From NCBI GenBank assembly GCA_013239625.1, contig MU053561.1, positions 1,514,624-1,534,623 of the forward strand: a stretch of DNA of 20,000 nt. Direction: 5' to 3'. The stretch comes from Lama guanicoe. Taxonomy: Eukaryota. The notes under the pieces are model-generated. The model was not told the DNA's origin. It saw nothing but the letters and a program-made list of their open reading frames with translations, and ran no database searches. A program made the position numbers and the translations under genes. Below are positions 1 to 9,862 of this stretch, one piece after another; the stretch's first letter is position 1, and each line of letters begins with the position of its first letter.

Positions 1-437
1 CCTTATAGTACCTGCTCCCAAGTTGTGTACGAATGGTTGGCCTCAATGGGAATCTGACGTTTTTAGCTTCTGAGCTAGTCCTGTTTATCTGTGTGACTCA
101 CTCTGTCCGTTGCATTCCTGCCTTCATCTTCTAAATCCATTCATTGCTTATCAATCCAGTTGTTCTTGAACACTGTATCTTTAAGTATCAAGCTCTTGGT
201 ACCCCCATCCCTGGCTAAATGTACACATTTATACAGTTTAGACATTCTTTTCTTGTATTTGTCCTGCAAGAAGTAACTTAGGTCATAGTTAGCCCTCAGG
301 GAAGAATCCAAGAAATGTTTCTTCTCACATCATTCACCTATTTGTTTTGTCATACCAGAAATCAGAACAAGGAAGAATCTTTTTTCAGAATTCACCCCAT
401 GTGTATGATTTCCATACATTCTTTGTATGTCCAGTAG

Positions 438-580
438 TCCATTCCACAAGCATATTTTGAATGTCACCATGTGTCAGGCACTAGGCAAGACTCTTAGTAG
501 AAAAATGGATACCATCATGTTCCTGGCCTGGGAAATGTTTAAATTTTTGAAGATATAGACATGTACATTAAAAAAACTAT
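438..580 (-). mobile_element. L2 LINE 3'-end relic
   Basis: 'ccattccacaagcatattttgaatgtcaccatgtgtcaggcactaggc' resembles the reverse complement of the L2 3' terminus (cattcaacaaatatttattgagcacctactatgtgccaggcactgtgctagg). Highly diverged. Confidence 0.55.
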
Positions 581-820
581 CTTGAAAAGGAAAAATAGAC
601 ACGTGAGCGACTGGTGCTAATTATTTCCTTCAAAGTCTTCATATACTAAACATGTATTTTTTAAAAATGGAATCACTGCTGCCAGTATTCATTTTCATTC
701 TCTAGTTGAGAAATTCCCAAACAGCTCAAGGGAAAACAAAGGAAACAGCCGAATCAGACATATCTCTGATAAAATCACCTCATCCAGCCTGCTGTCACAA
801 CTAGACGATGGTGCCACTTA

Positions 821-849
821 GTGCTCGCTTGGGCAGCACATACATTAAA
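821..849 (+). pseudogene. RNU6: 3'-truncated U6 snRNA retropseudogene (U6 nt 1-29) with 13-bp TSD
   Basis: gtgctcgcttgggcagcacatacattaaa matches the U6 5' end GTGCTCGCTTCGGCAGCACATATACTAAA at 26/29, starting at U6 +1. It is flanked by the direct repeat gatggtgccactt at 807-819 and 850-862. Confidence 0.88.
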
Positions 850-1444
850 GATGGTGCCACTTCCTAAATTCTGCGCTTAATATGTGTCTTCTTATCTTAA
901 AAGATCTTAATTGTTGTCTCATTTGACATGCATCCTGTCTCTCCTGTCCCCAGCTCCACCTCACCTTGTCAGGCTGCTCCTGCTTCGTCTTGGTTGTGCT
1001 TCCATTACAGTACTTACTACACAGTCTTATAGACGGATGGCCGTGGGTCAGCAGTAGGAACAAAGTGGGAACTGCCTTTAGACTTGGTTGCAAAGGTGGA
1101 ATTGCTCCCTTCCATTCCTAAAACTTCCATGCATTCATTTATTTAAAGACTTAGATAAGTTATTCTCTGTGAATCAATCCAGTTTTAACTCACTTTCAAG
1201 TGACATCTCCAGCAAACACTTCAGAGGCACAAGGATCTTCATGGGTCTGCTTAAGATTATTCACAATGTAAAAGAAAAGATTACACAAAGTCATGTTGTC
1301 ATCTTTGGGGGTTGTACCCAAACTAGGCACAGTAAGCCAGCTCAAAATTATTGCAACATACTCCCTGTTCCTCTTTTGAAAGATAAAAGTTAGCTGTCTA
1401 ATGCTGTAGCAGCATGAACATTTTTACTTCAGACGACTCTGGCA

Positions 1445-1580
1445 AAATGACACAAGCCAAAGATACAAACCAAAAAGGTGGAACTGATTTTAGACTGCAT
1501 TTACCGTATCAAAGAAATTTTCTGCTCCTTGAAAAACATCATGCCAAAAATATTTTAAATTTATCAGCCAAAGGCTGAGG
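1445..1580 (+). mobile_element. Ancient L1 ORF2 fragment
   Basis: 'gattttagactgcatt...aaattttctgctccttgaaaaacatcatg...cagccaaaggctgagga' resembles the L1 ORF2 segment encoding DKLDFIKIKNFCSSKDTI..RQATDWE. Degenerate. Confidence 0.45.
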
Positions 1581-2214
1581 ATCCCCTAGTGTGTGGTAGC
1601 TGTGTTTTCACGGCCAGGTGTATCTTGAGAATTTATGCGTCAGAGGATTAGAAAAGATGCAAAAACGAAAAGTAAATGATGGACGTAAAGTAATTTTCAA
1701 ATTGAATCTCCATTCACGGTGTGCACCCTCGGTCGGCTTGAAGAGCTGGTGAAATAAGTCAGCCTGCCAGTCCATGTGGTCTGACAGAGGGAAGGGATGC
1801 TGGAGCCTACACAGCAGTTTTCACAGGACTCCAGCAGCAAGCCACCCAGAACATTCAGCCAGGCAGACCCTAGCTAAGTGAGTGTGTGCAGTGTTAATAA
1901 TCCATTTAACTACATTCTGCTCAGTGTGCTTGGGAAGAATGTGTGTGGAGGAACAGCATGGAGTCAGTAGGCGAGAAGGCAAGCAGACAGTTGGATGTGA
2001 CAGGAAAGGTGCTAGAATGGAGCTGGGGAGTGATGCAGGAGGGGCACAGAGGGAAGGGACCGCTAACTCTGGAGGCTCATGAAACTGTTCAGAGGTGGTG
2101 TTTCTTGGGGAAAAAAGAAAAACATGTAAGTTTTCCAAGCAGGTTAAGGAGCATGAAAAGGACTAGTGTCCATTTCTAGTAATAGTAATGATGGCAGATA
2201 CAACAAGAGACCTT

Positions 2215-2269
2215 TTAGGTTAAACCATAAGAAATAGCTTCTATTCAACCATTTTTGTCTTACAATAAC
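2215..2269 (+). mobile_element. MADE2-like mariner MITE, partial (second TIR missing)
   Basis: ttaggttaaaccataagaaatagcttctattcaaccatttttgtcttacaataac follows the MADE2 consensus as I recall it (TTAGGTTGAACCATATGAAATTGCC..ATTCGACCGTTTTTGACCTACAAAAAC). Confidence 0.65.
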
Positions 2270-2555
2270 TTGGATTCTGAGAATGAAGAATCTGGTAGGG
2301 TCTTACTATAGAAATGTTAGGCTTTATCCTATGGGAAATGGGGAGCAGACTAAAGCTTTTAAGTCAGAATGGCATGCATGGATTTGTTTTATAGTAAGAT
2401 AACTCTGGAGGGGATAGTACAGTAGGAAGAAGCTGATGGCAGGAAGGCCAGTGAGGAGGCAATCCAGGCATGAGGTCATGACAGCCTAAACAGGGGCAGG
2501 AGATAGAGGCAAAGACAGTAACAGAGGCAGAGTGAGCTGATAGGACTTAAGTAAC

Positions 2556-2865
2556 TGTGTCTTCCTCTGCTCTGCTTTTTATTGCAAGGAACTATCTTCC
2601 CTTCCTGGTCTCATCTGCTGAATAGCTTCCATATGGGCTTGGCCAAGCAGAGGCACTGGAGGAAAACTGGAGACTGAGAGGAGGAGGAAGCCAGAGTTGT
2701 CCCATTGTCCTTCTAGCCCTTGGGATGATAGTGGCTTCCTGTTCTTGTTTTATGTCCCTGTTTTGCTTCTCAGCTCTTCCATTTCCTACTTAAACCAATT
2801 TCCTGAATTACAGCCTCTCTGTTAGATGCAACTAGAGTGGTGTCTGTTTTCCTGACTAGACAATA
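2556..2865 (+). mobile_element. ERVL solo LTR, LTR33-like (internally deleted)
   Basis: 'ggccaagcagaggcactggaggaaaactggag...gaagccagag', 'gtggcttcctgttcttg', 'ctcagctcttccat...aaccaatttcctg...ctagagtggtgtctgttttcctgactagac' match hallmark blocks and the 3' end of LTR33. Confidence 0.72.
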
Positions 2866-2908
2866 GGAGAATTAATACAAAAGAGAGAAACAATACAAAG
2901 GAGAATGT

Positions 2909-2968
2909 AAGAATTAATGACCATGGAAAAAGAATCAATGACCATGGAAAAAAATCAATGACCATGAA
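2909..2968. repeat. Minisatellite, about 3 copies of a 20-21-bp unit (aagaatcaatgaccatggaaa)
   Basis: Units read directly at 2909-2929, 2930-2950 and 2951-2968. Confidence 0.92.
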
Positions 2969-3040
2969 TATGGAGATACTGGAAAGAGTGGTAGTGAGGA
3001 CAGCTCTGTCACTTTGAAGTTATGGGACTAAGTAAGAGAA

Positions 3041-3235
3041 ATAATACCAGCAAACACTCGTTGAGAGAACGTGCCAGGAACCATTCTAAATGCTTTACAT
3101 ATAGTAACTCATTTAACCCTTACAGCACCTCCATGAGGTAGTAACTTAGTATTATGCAATTTTACAAATTAGAAAAACTGAGGCCTAGGGGATTTAAGCA
3201 GTTTATCCACACTCACAAAGTAGTAAATGACAGAA
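3041..3235 (-). mobile_element. MIR SINE
   Basis: 'gtgccaggaaccattctaaatgctttacatatagtaactcatttaaccct...attttacaaattagaaaaactgaggcctagggg' is the antisense MIR core. Confidence 0.85.
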
Positions 3236-3639
3236 AGCCTAGCGGCCAGTAACCTAGAGAGGGGATGGAGGGGAAGAGTCAGACAGTGAGCTCATATCTG
3301 GGCATGTGGTGTGCAAGGTACTGACCAAACAGCCAAGACTGGATGTACCGTGGTCAGAAATATCGTCTATCATTTAAGACAGGTTAAAGCTGGAGGTGTG
3401 AGTCATTGTATATCTAAGTGTCGAAGCTACAGAATGTCATATAGAAAAAGTAAAAAAAAAAATTAAAATTTTAGTAGTGAATGTTATTGTGTAAATGAGG
3501 CAGATGAATTGGCCCAATCTCTTGTGGCTGTGGACAAAATGACTGCCATTAAGATGCTTCCCAAATTACCATGCTACGCTGCTATGATATAATCCCCAAA
3601 TTTCCGTGTTGCATCACTAACTTGTCACCACTTAATAAA

Positions 3640-3907
3640 TTAGAATGGGAGTTTCTTGGCAGCACAGACTGTATATATTTCAAACAGCTAACCAGACAAC
3701 AAGTATTTACTGAGCTCTTGGTCAATGGCTAGCCATATATTAGGTCCCGTAGGGGATTTAAGAGAAACCGAAGATACTCTCTCTTCCCTCAAGTACTTCA
3801 CGCAAGCAGATTTGTCAGATATTCTGCACCTCTGTCCTGTGACTTCCCTGGAAGCACTGCATACACTTGAGGCTCAGTCAATATTCAGAGAACAAGGAGG
3901 TGAATGA
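3640..3907. mobile_element. Cluster of L2 3'-end fragments in both orientations
   Basis: Sense-like pieces 'tagaatgggagtttcttggcagcacagactg' and 'gcactgcatacacttgaggctcagtcaatattc..gaatga' flank an antisense piece 'caacaagtatttactgagctc...ttccctcaagtacttcac'. Confidence 0.45.
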
Positions 3908-4039
3908 GATTTTTTCACATTTTAAAAAAAATCTCAATTTGATAGTAATTTAGGGCTCTTTAAAGATGTCTAAAACTTCCCTGCAGTTCTTAAGGAACTT
4001 CTTTGTTGCAAAAGAGTTTAATTCATAAAATGAGGTCAT

Positions 4040-4680
4040 ACATTTAATGCTTACTATGCATTCCTTGGATTAAGACAATGGGGATAAATCCTAGGGACAC
4101 AAAGAGGAATAAAACTTAGTCCCCTGAGAATGGCGCAGAATAAAAGTAATGATTATAAAGCAGCGTATAAAAAGCTGGAGCGGGGCTCCGCCAGAGGAGC
4201 ACAAAAAACTGGCTGGCCTAACTCAGCCTGGACAGGGCTCTCAGGATGTGCCTACTAACAAAGATAGAACTGGAGCTAAATCTCAGGAGACAGACCAGAA
4301 TTAACTGGAGAATAGGATAATGCATCCTGGACAGAAGTAAGCATGCTCGATGGGTGAAGGTGTTAGAGCGCTTGGGGCATCAGGGTAAGTCAGAGCGGCT
4401 GGAAAGAAAGGAGTAGGTGCAGGTGCCTCGCGTGGAGAGAGATCGGAGTTGAGGGGCCGTGTCAGTCACACGAAGGGGCTTGCATTATCCCCTGCAGCTG
4501 TGAGAGGAGCCGCTGAAGGATTTTAATTAAGATTTACTTCTAAATAAAATCAGACTGGTGGTGAAGGAGAATGTATTTGCTGGTGGTTGTGAGGGGAGGC
4601 AGAAGTGGAATGTGAGGCTGAGGCAGCACTTAGGAGGCAGTTGCAGAAAATCCAGGCTAGAAATTATGAGGGTAACTAAT
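4040..4680 (-). mobile_element. L2 LINE 3' portion
   Basis: Antisense L2 motifs in order: 'atttaatgcttactatg', 'gggacacaaagaggaataaaacttagtcccc', 'cctaactcagcctgg', 'ggagccgctgaaggattttaa', 'ttaggaggcagttgcagaaaatccaggctagaaattatgagg'. Confidence 0.7.
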
Positions 4681-5659
4681 GTCTGTCTCAAATCAGCCAA
4701 GAAGCCCATTCACAGTGACCTTTGGTTGGGAAGTGTAAACAGAAGGAATTTATTTTCTCTATCTTTCTTTTTTAATGATTATTATTTAATGTAGGTTATA
4801 ACCCTTCCTGGAACAGTTCACTAAGACCCCCGGAAAGAGGCAGCCATTAAAATTAAGCTGAGTGAGATGGAAAGTGGGGCTGTAAAAACTCCACCGCAGC
4901 CACCTGGAAACAGAAATGTTACGTTTGTGAGTCCTGGCAGGCTTCATGGGAAGGAACCCTGTACTTTCAGTTAAAAAAAGAAGAACCATGAGCTGGATTC
5001 TTTTGATTTGGAGTTTTCAATTTTAACCTTAAAGTGAGACGAGTTAGGAGGGTAGGGACAGGATTGACATCTGTCTTTCCTAATTCTAGGAATATAAACT
5101 TTAAAACTCCTTTGTCTTCAGTAAACGCAATGAATGGTGGTAGAGTTGGGGAGAAATTTTCAAAGCCAATGATGTTAAAATACAATTTTTGAAAAGGTTA
5201 ACTCATGACTCTCAGGCAAATACAATATGAACATGTGCCAAAGATTTTATTTAATGCATTGCTTAATGAGGGAGCCAGTAAGATCCTAAAATTGTTCTTC
5301 AGCCTGTTTGAGAATCTGAGTATATATGGGCAATGTAATAAATTAATGGGTTAGATACAAAGCTGGTTAATGTCCAGCAGGTCTGTAAACCTTTTAGTTG
5401 TGTGTTTTACCCGGCAACAATTATTTGCATCTCTACTGGGCAAAAATTTTCATCGTAACCCTTGCTCCTAAAGTGTTGTAAAGTAGACAGTCAATAGAAA
5501 GTCACACCCAGCACTTTTCTGAAAGAACATCCTGTAATTAGAGGCCTATCTCCAATTGTTAGATAATTTTCTGAGAACAGATAGAGCTTTTGGTGAGAAT
5601 GAAACTTTACATCTAGCTGTCAGGAAACGACCAAGGACAACAAAGTCAGATTAGAACAT

Positions 5660-5935
5660 AAAAATAGCATGATAACATCAGTAGAAAAGTGGGTTAAGAA
5701 TATGAACTGACAAGTCAAAAAAGAAGAAATAAAAATGACAAATAGACATACAAAAAATGTTCACTCTCACAAAGTTTTTTAAAAATGATAGTTAAAACAG
5801 CGGGGTATCCATTTTCCTCAACAAGTTAATAAAAGCAGAATTAGATGCTGTTATGCAGAGTTAGCAATAGTGTAGGGACGCAAACACTTCTGTGATTAGC
5901 ATACGGGAGTACAAGCTTGAGAGCGGCACTCTGGC
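5660..5935 (+). mobile_element. Ancient L1 (L1ME-like) ORF2 3' fragment
   Basis: 'gaaaagtgggttaagaatatgaactgacaagtcaaaaaagaagaaataaaaatgacaaatagacatacaaaaaatgttcactctcac' corresponds to the ORF2 motif [29 protein letters not shown]. Confidence 0.72.
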
Positions 5936-6336
5936 TCATACTCCAGTCCTTTGGGCTCCTGTCTGCTGTAGATTGTGCTTCACATCCCTGCTCAGGAGCC
6001 GGGAAATGGCGAGGGTAGAACCCTGGGAACTCACCTCTGCCTGAACCTGCCGCTTGTGCCAGGGTTATCACTGTGCTACTCCCACGTCTGGTAAGGCAGA
6101 GGAAGTCAGATCTGTGCTGGTGGAGTTCCAAACTTTGTTTGTATGGGAAAGAAAAAAAAATCAGACTGAAAGAGGAAATAAATGTTTTGAAGGGGCCAAG
6201 CACATAAGCGATGTATTTTTGGAAAATACAGGGTACAGCTGAGGAATGCAGAAAGCTGAACTCTTGCCTTCGGTGTGCTTCGCTCCTTATTTCTCGCAGA
6301 TAATAATATTTTCCTGACCAAATTGCGAAAGAAGTT

Positions 6337-6351
6337 GTTGCCACAGGCAAC
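6337..6351. promoter_or_regulatory. Palindromic RFX X-box motif GTTGCC-aca-GGCAAC
   Basis: Perfect inverted 6-bp half sites with a 3-nt spacer fit the RFX consensus GTNRCC-N0-3-RGYAAC, in a locally CpG-retaining stretch. Function is not shown. Confidence 0.4.
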
Positions 6352-6484
6352 GATCCGCTAAGCATAGCGCTGGAGGAACCTGTTATTTCCCTTTATGTTG
6401 AGTGCTGAGGATACCCAGTTGAGTAAGACATAGGCCTTTGAACCCAGAATGCTATGAAATCTGAAAGTGTCCGTGAATTTAAAC

Positions 6485-6688
6485 AATAGTAAGAATATTA
6501 TTACATGCTTACTATGTGCTGGATACTGCTCTAAATAATTTTCATATATGAGCTCATTGCTAGCTTTGGACCAAAGAGAAATATTACTCTAAAGCACAAA
6601 CCAGCACTATCCTATTTTACAGGAGAGAAAACTAAAACAGAGTAACCTTTACTAACTTGCCCAAGCATTACACAACTGGTAAATGGCA
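6485..6688 (-). mobile_element. MIR SINE
   Basis: 'tgcttactatgtgctggatactgctctaa...ctcatt' and 'cctattttacaggagagaaaactaa...taacttgcccaagcattacacaactggtaaatggca'. Confidence 0.8.
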
Positions 6689-6710
6689 ACACATTCTGTT
6701 ACTAATAGAA

Positions 6711-6782
6711 ACCTATCTTTAAATCTATCTGTCTACATACCTTCCTACCTACCTATCTGTCTGTCTATCTACCTATCTGTCC
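6711..6782. repeat. Degenerate (TCTA/TCTG/CCTA)n tetranucleotide repeat
   Basis: tctatctgtctacataccttcctacctacctatctgtctgtctatctacctatctgtc read directly. Confidence 0.8.
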
Positions 6783-7422
6783 CTAGTCCAACAGCTGAAG
6801 GGAGGTGTTCCGGACTGGATGATGCAAGGGAATCTGCAGATGACAATGCTACACTAATGCTGATAGACTCGTAACTCAGACAGAAGCATTTCTGCTTCAT
6901 TTTTTATAATCACCCAGATGCTTGATGCAGCTGTGTTGCCATCACTGTGTTTATTTGTATCTTCCCCTTAGCCAGTAACTGTAGTTTGGAGGTGGATATT
7001 TCTGGTTAGAGTGACAGTGCTCAGGGGTTACCCTTTTGCAAGAAACTCCTAGCATCACCTGTGAGCTGCCTCTGTACTTCAGAGCTCCAGGCACAGCCGA
7101 AGAGTACAAACACAACCAGCCTTGCCACCAAGCTCTCCAGAGGCAGCATCTGAGAAGTGTGATCCAGTAGTTGGCAAATCTCCCATGAGCATCCCAGCAG
7201 ACTCTCCACCAATACATTGTGGCCCTCTGGCGAGTCAGATGACTGCCAGACTGGCTTGGAGTGGGGAGAGACAGATATTATTTACTCTTTCAAACTTTAA
7301 AAGGGGAAACTCTGATTCACAGGCAGTCAGGCTTTGGAAAGAGAGGACCAGTTGTGGTGGTTGATGTGTCCTGGTGTTCTGTAGTTATAAATTGTTCTAT
7401 TCCTAGATTTGGGAATCTCCTT

Positions 7423-7426
7423 AAAC

Positions 7427-7469
<43 letters not shown>

Positions 7470-7537
7470 CAAACAACACACACACCCCCCCCAAACAACA
7501 CACACACACACCCCAAACAACACACACACACACACAC
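7423..7537. repeat. Compound (CA)n microsatellite with higher-order aaacaa(ca)n-Cn units
   Basis: Pure (CA)19 at 7429-7466. The motif aaacaaca restarts at 7423, 7471, 7493 and 7515. Confidence 0.95.
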
Positions 7538-8894
7538 AACCTAGTCATGTGAATTTCCACCGACTCCAAAGTCCAAAACCTGGAAGAACAATTCATACAA
7601 GGTGGGCATTGAGCATGAAACCATGTTTGTCTTCCAGGAAAAAAAAAAAAGTTTTTTAGATGTTGCTTGCTGTAATTTCTTCAAAAGAAGAGCCAGCTTA
7701 GCCTGTGAATATTTTAATTCTTAAAGATTTTGACAATGAAGACAAGGAGAAGGAAGAGACAGAAAGAAAAATGTATTTTCATGGTATATAAAAGTGATTG
7801 TATTACTTTCATAGTATTTAAACAAATTCAAGTTTAAGTTCTGTGATGATAATGCTCTTTTGTTTGCCTTATCCATCAAGCACTAAAGGAGGAGAGAGAT
7901 AATTGGGACTCCAGAGATCTTTGTGGAACAGGAAAAAAGAAATTCCGATCTGGATACTGGAGTGGACTAAAGAGATTTTTAGACTCTATAAATCATCAAA
8001 GAGAAAAAAGAGGATCATCCATCCTGAATGATTTAGACATTCATTAGCATCAGATTTTCTTTCCAAATATACCCGAAGGCTTAATTCTGCAATTCCATGT
8101 CTCCTCTTGCCTGTTTCCTTGTCTGTTTCTTTCCATAAAGGAAACCTGCTTACCTTCTGGCCCTTTGTTCTCATCTCCCTATTGAAACTATTACTCTACA
8201 AAGCTGAATAATCCCACACTTAACTTCTACCAAAGTATTCCTCCCTTTATTTATGAAGCATAATTATCGCCTTAAAGTTTCTTCTGCCTGCATTTTCTGT
8301 GAGCTTTCCAGGAGAAAGAGGAAAGAAGCATTGGCTTTCTCTAACCATAGTATCCTGTGAATTCACCTCAATTTGAAACAAAGTGACCATAATAACTGAT
8401 TTTTTTCATCCTTAGCATTCATACCTCCGTTGAAAGAGGAGACCTTGTGTTAGTATATAACATAAAGCTTTAAGCTACTTGGTACACTCAGGAAGTGCAA
8501 CTGATGATGATGGTGAAGATTCTTAAATAGCTTGTCAAAATCAGTAAAATCTAAGACCAGCATATCTTATCTCTTAACATTAGCATTTAACATCACTTCC
8601 AAAAATTAAAAAAAAATTGCATTAAATGTCCTGTTTTCTGGAGTTAGAGAGCAAAGTTCCAATTAGTAGGATGTACTGTTTAAAAGAAGTTGCATTGTAC
8701 AACACATGAATCACTGATTTTCAGGAGAATGTAACACAACCAAATACTCTTAATACCAAAACTGTACTAAAATTTTAAATTTCTATTACTTGGTATGGCA
8801 GAGGTGATTTGGGATCTCACAATATCTCAAAGTCATTATTATGCATTTTACCGTCTTTCTGGCTAGAGCACCATCTTTTCAGTCAGAAGATGAG

Positions 8895-9035
8895 CGTTCA
8901 AGATAAGTTGGTCAACTAGCAGCATGACCAGTAAGCCATTCTCCTTCTGGGCCTTCATATCCTGAGCTGTAAAACGGGATGATGAGACTAGATGACCCGT
9001 AGGGCCACACTAGCTCTAATAGTCTGTGCCTCTGT
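8895..9035 (+). mobile_element. MIR3/MIRc-like SINE relic
   Basis: 'ctgggccttcatatcctgagctgtaaaacggga...gactagatgacccgtagggccacactagctctaa' resembles the MIR core plus the MIR3/MIRc tail. Confidence 0.55.
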
Positions 9036-9444
9036 TATCACGTACTGGGAGAAGTGATTGTTTAACCTATTTCCAACCAATGGAATGCCATATTACCTAA
9101 GTAACCCCAAAGATTGTAACATCTGTAACCTCTTAAAAAATAAGTCATTAGCAATAATAGTAGAAAAACATCTAGATACTTCAAGCCAAAATGCTTTGAA
9201 AAATGCTTTGAATTAAAGACTATGTCTGCATTGTATCCAGACTTCTATTTGGAAAAAAAAGTAAATTCTGGCCAATATCTAGTATTTACATGCACAGTTG
9301 AAAATTAGATTTACTAGAATCCAAGGAAAACTAGGTTGTTGAAGCATATTAATAAGAGATGCTATTATGATCATCCGTGGAGAAGTAGGTCAGTCTAGAC
9401 ACCGATTCAGACCAGTTATGATGTTTACCAAAAGACTGAAGCAC

Positions 9445-9530
9445 GTCAGACCTGAAGAGGACCCTAGGGATCACCAAACTCAACCCTGACTTTAACAGAT
9501 TTTGGTGGCTGAAGTCTAGAAAGATGGAGC
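9445..9530 (-). mobile_element. MIR3/MIRc-like SINE relic
   Basis: 'ctgaagaggaccctagggatcaccaaactcaaccctgactttaacagat' resembles ctggaagggaccttagagatcatctagtccaacccc..ttttacagat. Confidence 0.5.
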
Positions 9531-9574
9531 TTCCATTCACTTTATGTAATAAACACATACATAGAAAACATTAT

Positions 9575-9728
9575 TCTAGTTATTTACAAATTCTAAATAA
9601 TTCTTATAGCAACGCTATACACAGATACTGTTATCTCCATTTTACAGATGAGAAAACTGAGGTACAGAAAGGTTAAGCAACTTTCCCAAGGTCACACAGT
9701 AAGTGGCAGAGCCAGGATTTGAATACAG
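9575..9728 (-). mobile_element. MIR SINE
   Basis: Well-preserved core 'tatctccattttacagatgagaaaactgaggtacagaaaggttaagcaactttcccaaggtcacacag...ggcagagccaggatttgaa'. Confidence 0.92.
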
Positions 9729-9862
9729 TATTAGAGTTTGGCTTATGATGGTGGGTAATGCATTGCAGTAGGGAGAAAATAAAGAGTCTGCAGTAGCTTT
9801 CTAATATATTACAATGTTAAGAGGCTGTGAAAATGTCTTAAGGCCTCTGGTGGCTATGACCC

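Larger units (their letters stand above)
2000..3450 (-). mobile_element. Fragmented L2 LINE, interrupted by MADE2-like, LTR33-like and MIR insertions
   Basis: L2 antisense motifs occur in collinear order: 'gggcacagagggaagggaccgctaactc', 'ggctttatcctatgggaaatggggagc', 'ggcaggaaggccagtgaggaggcaatccaggcatgagg', 'gagctcatatctgggcatgtg...ggctggaggtgtgagtcat'. Confidence 0.6.

Noticed and set aside
1..230. Possible LTR 3' end at the window start
   Set aside because: I could not match it to any family or find diagnostic termini.
1088..1393. 101-aa ORF
   Set aside because: Non-ATG start, no recognisable homology and no splice context.
2909..2968. CRISPR-like array (also considered for 18463-18555)
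   Set aside because: Direct tandem units without unique spacers, no cas genes, and the DNA is mammalian.
5841..6365. Longest ORF (174 aa, minus strand)
   Set aside because: No recognisable domain, it overlaps an L1 relic at one end, and its composition is typical of chance ORFs.
7261..7659. ORFs with HTHT/VCVC repeats
   Set aside because: They are translations of the CA microsatellite.
8098..8240. Strong polypyrimidine tract plus AG at 8139-8140 as a coding-exon acceptor
   Set aside because: All three downstream frames stop within about 70 nt, and no convincing donor follows.
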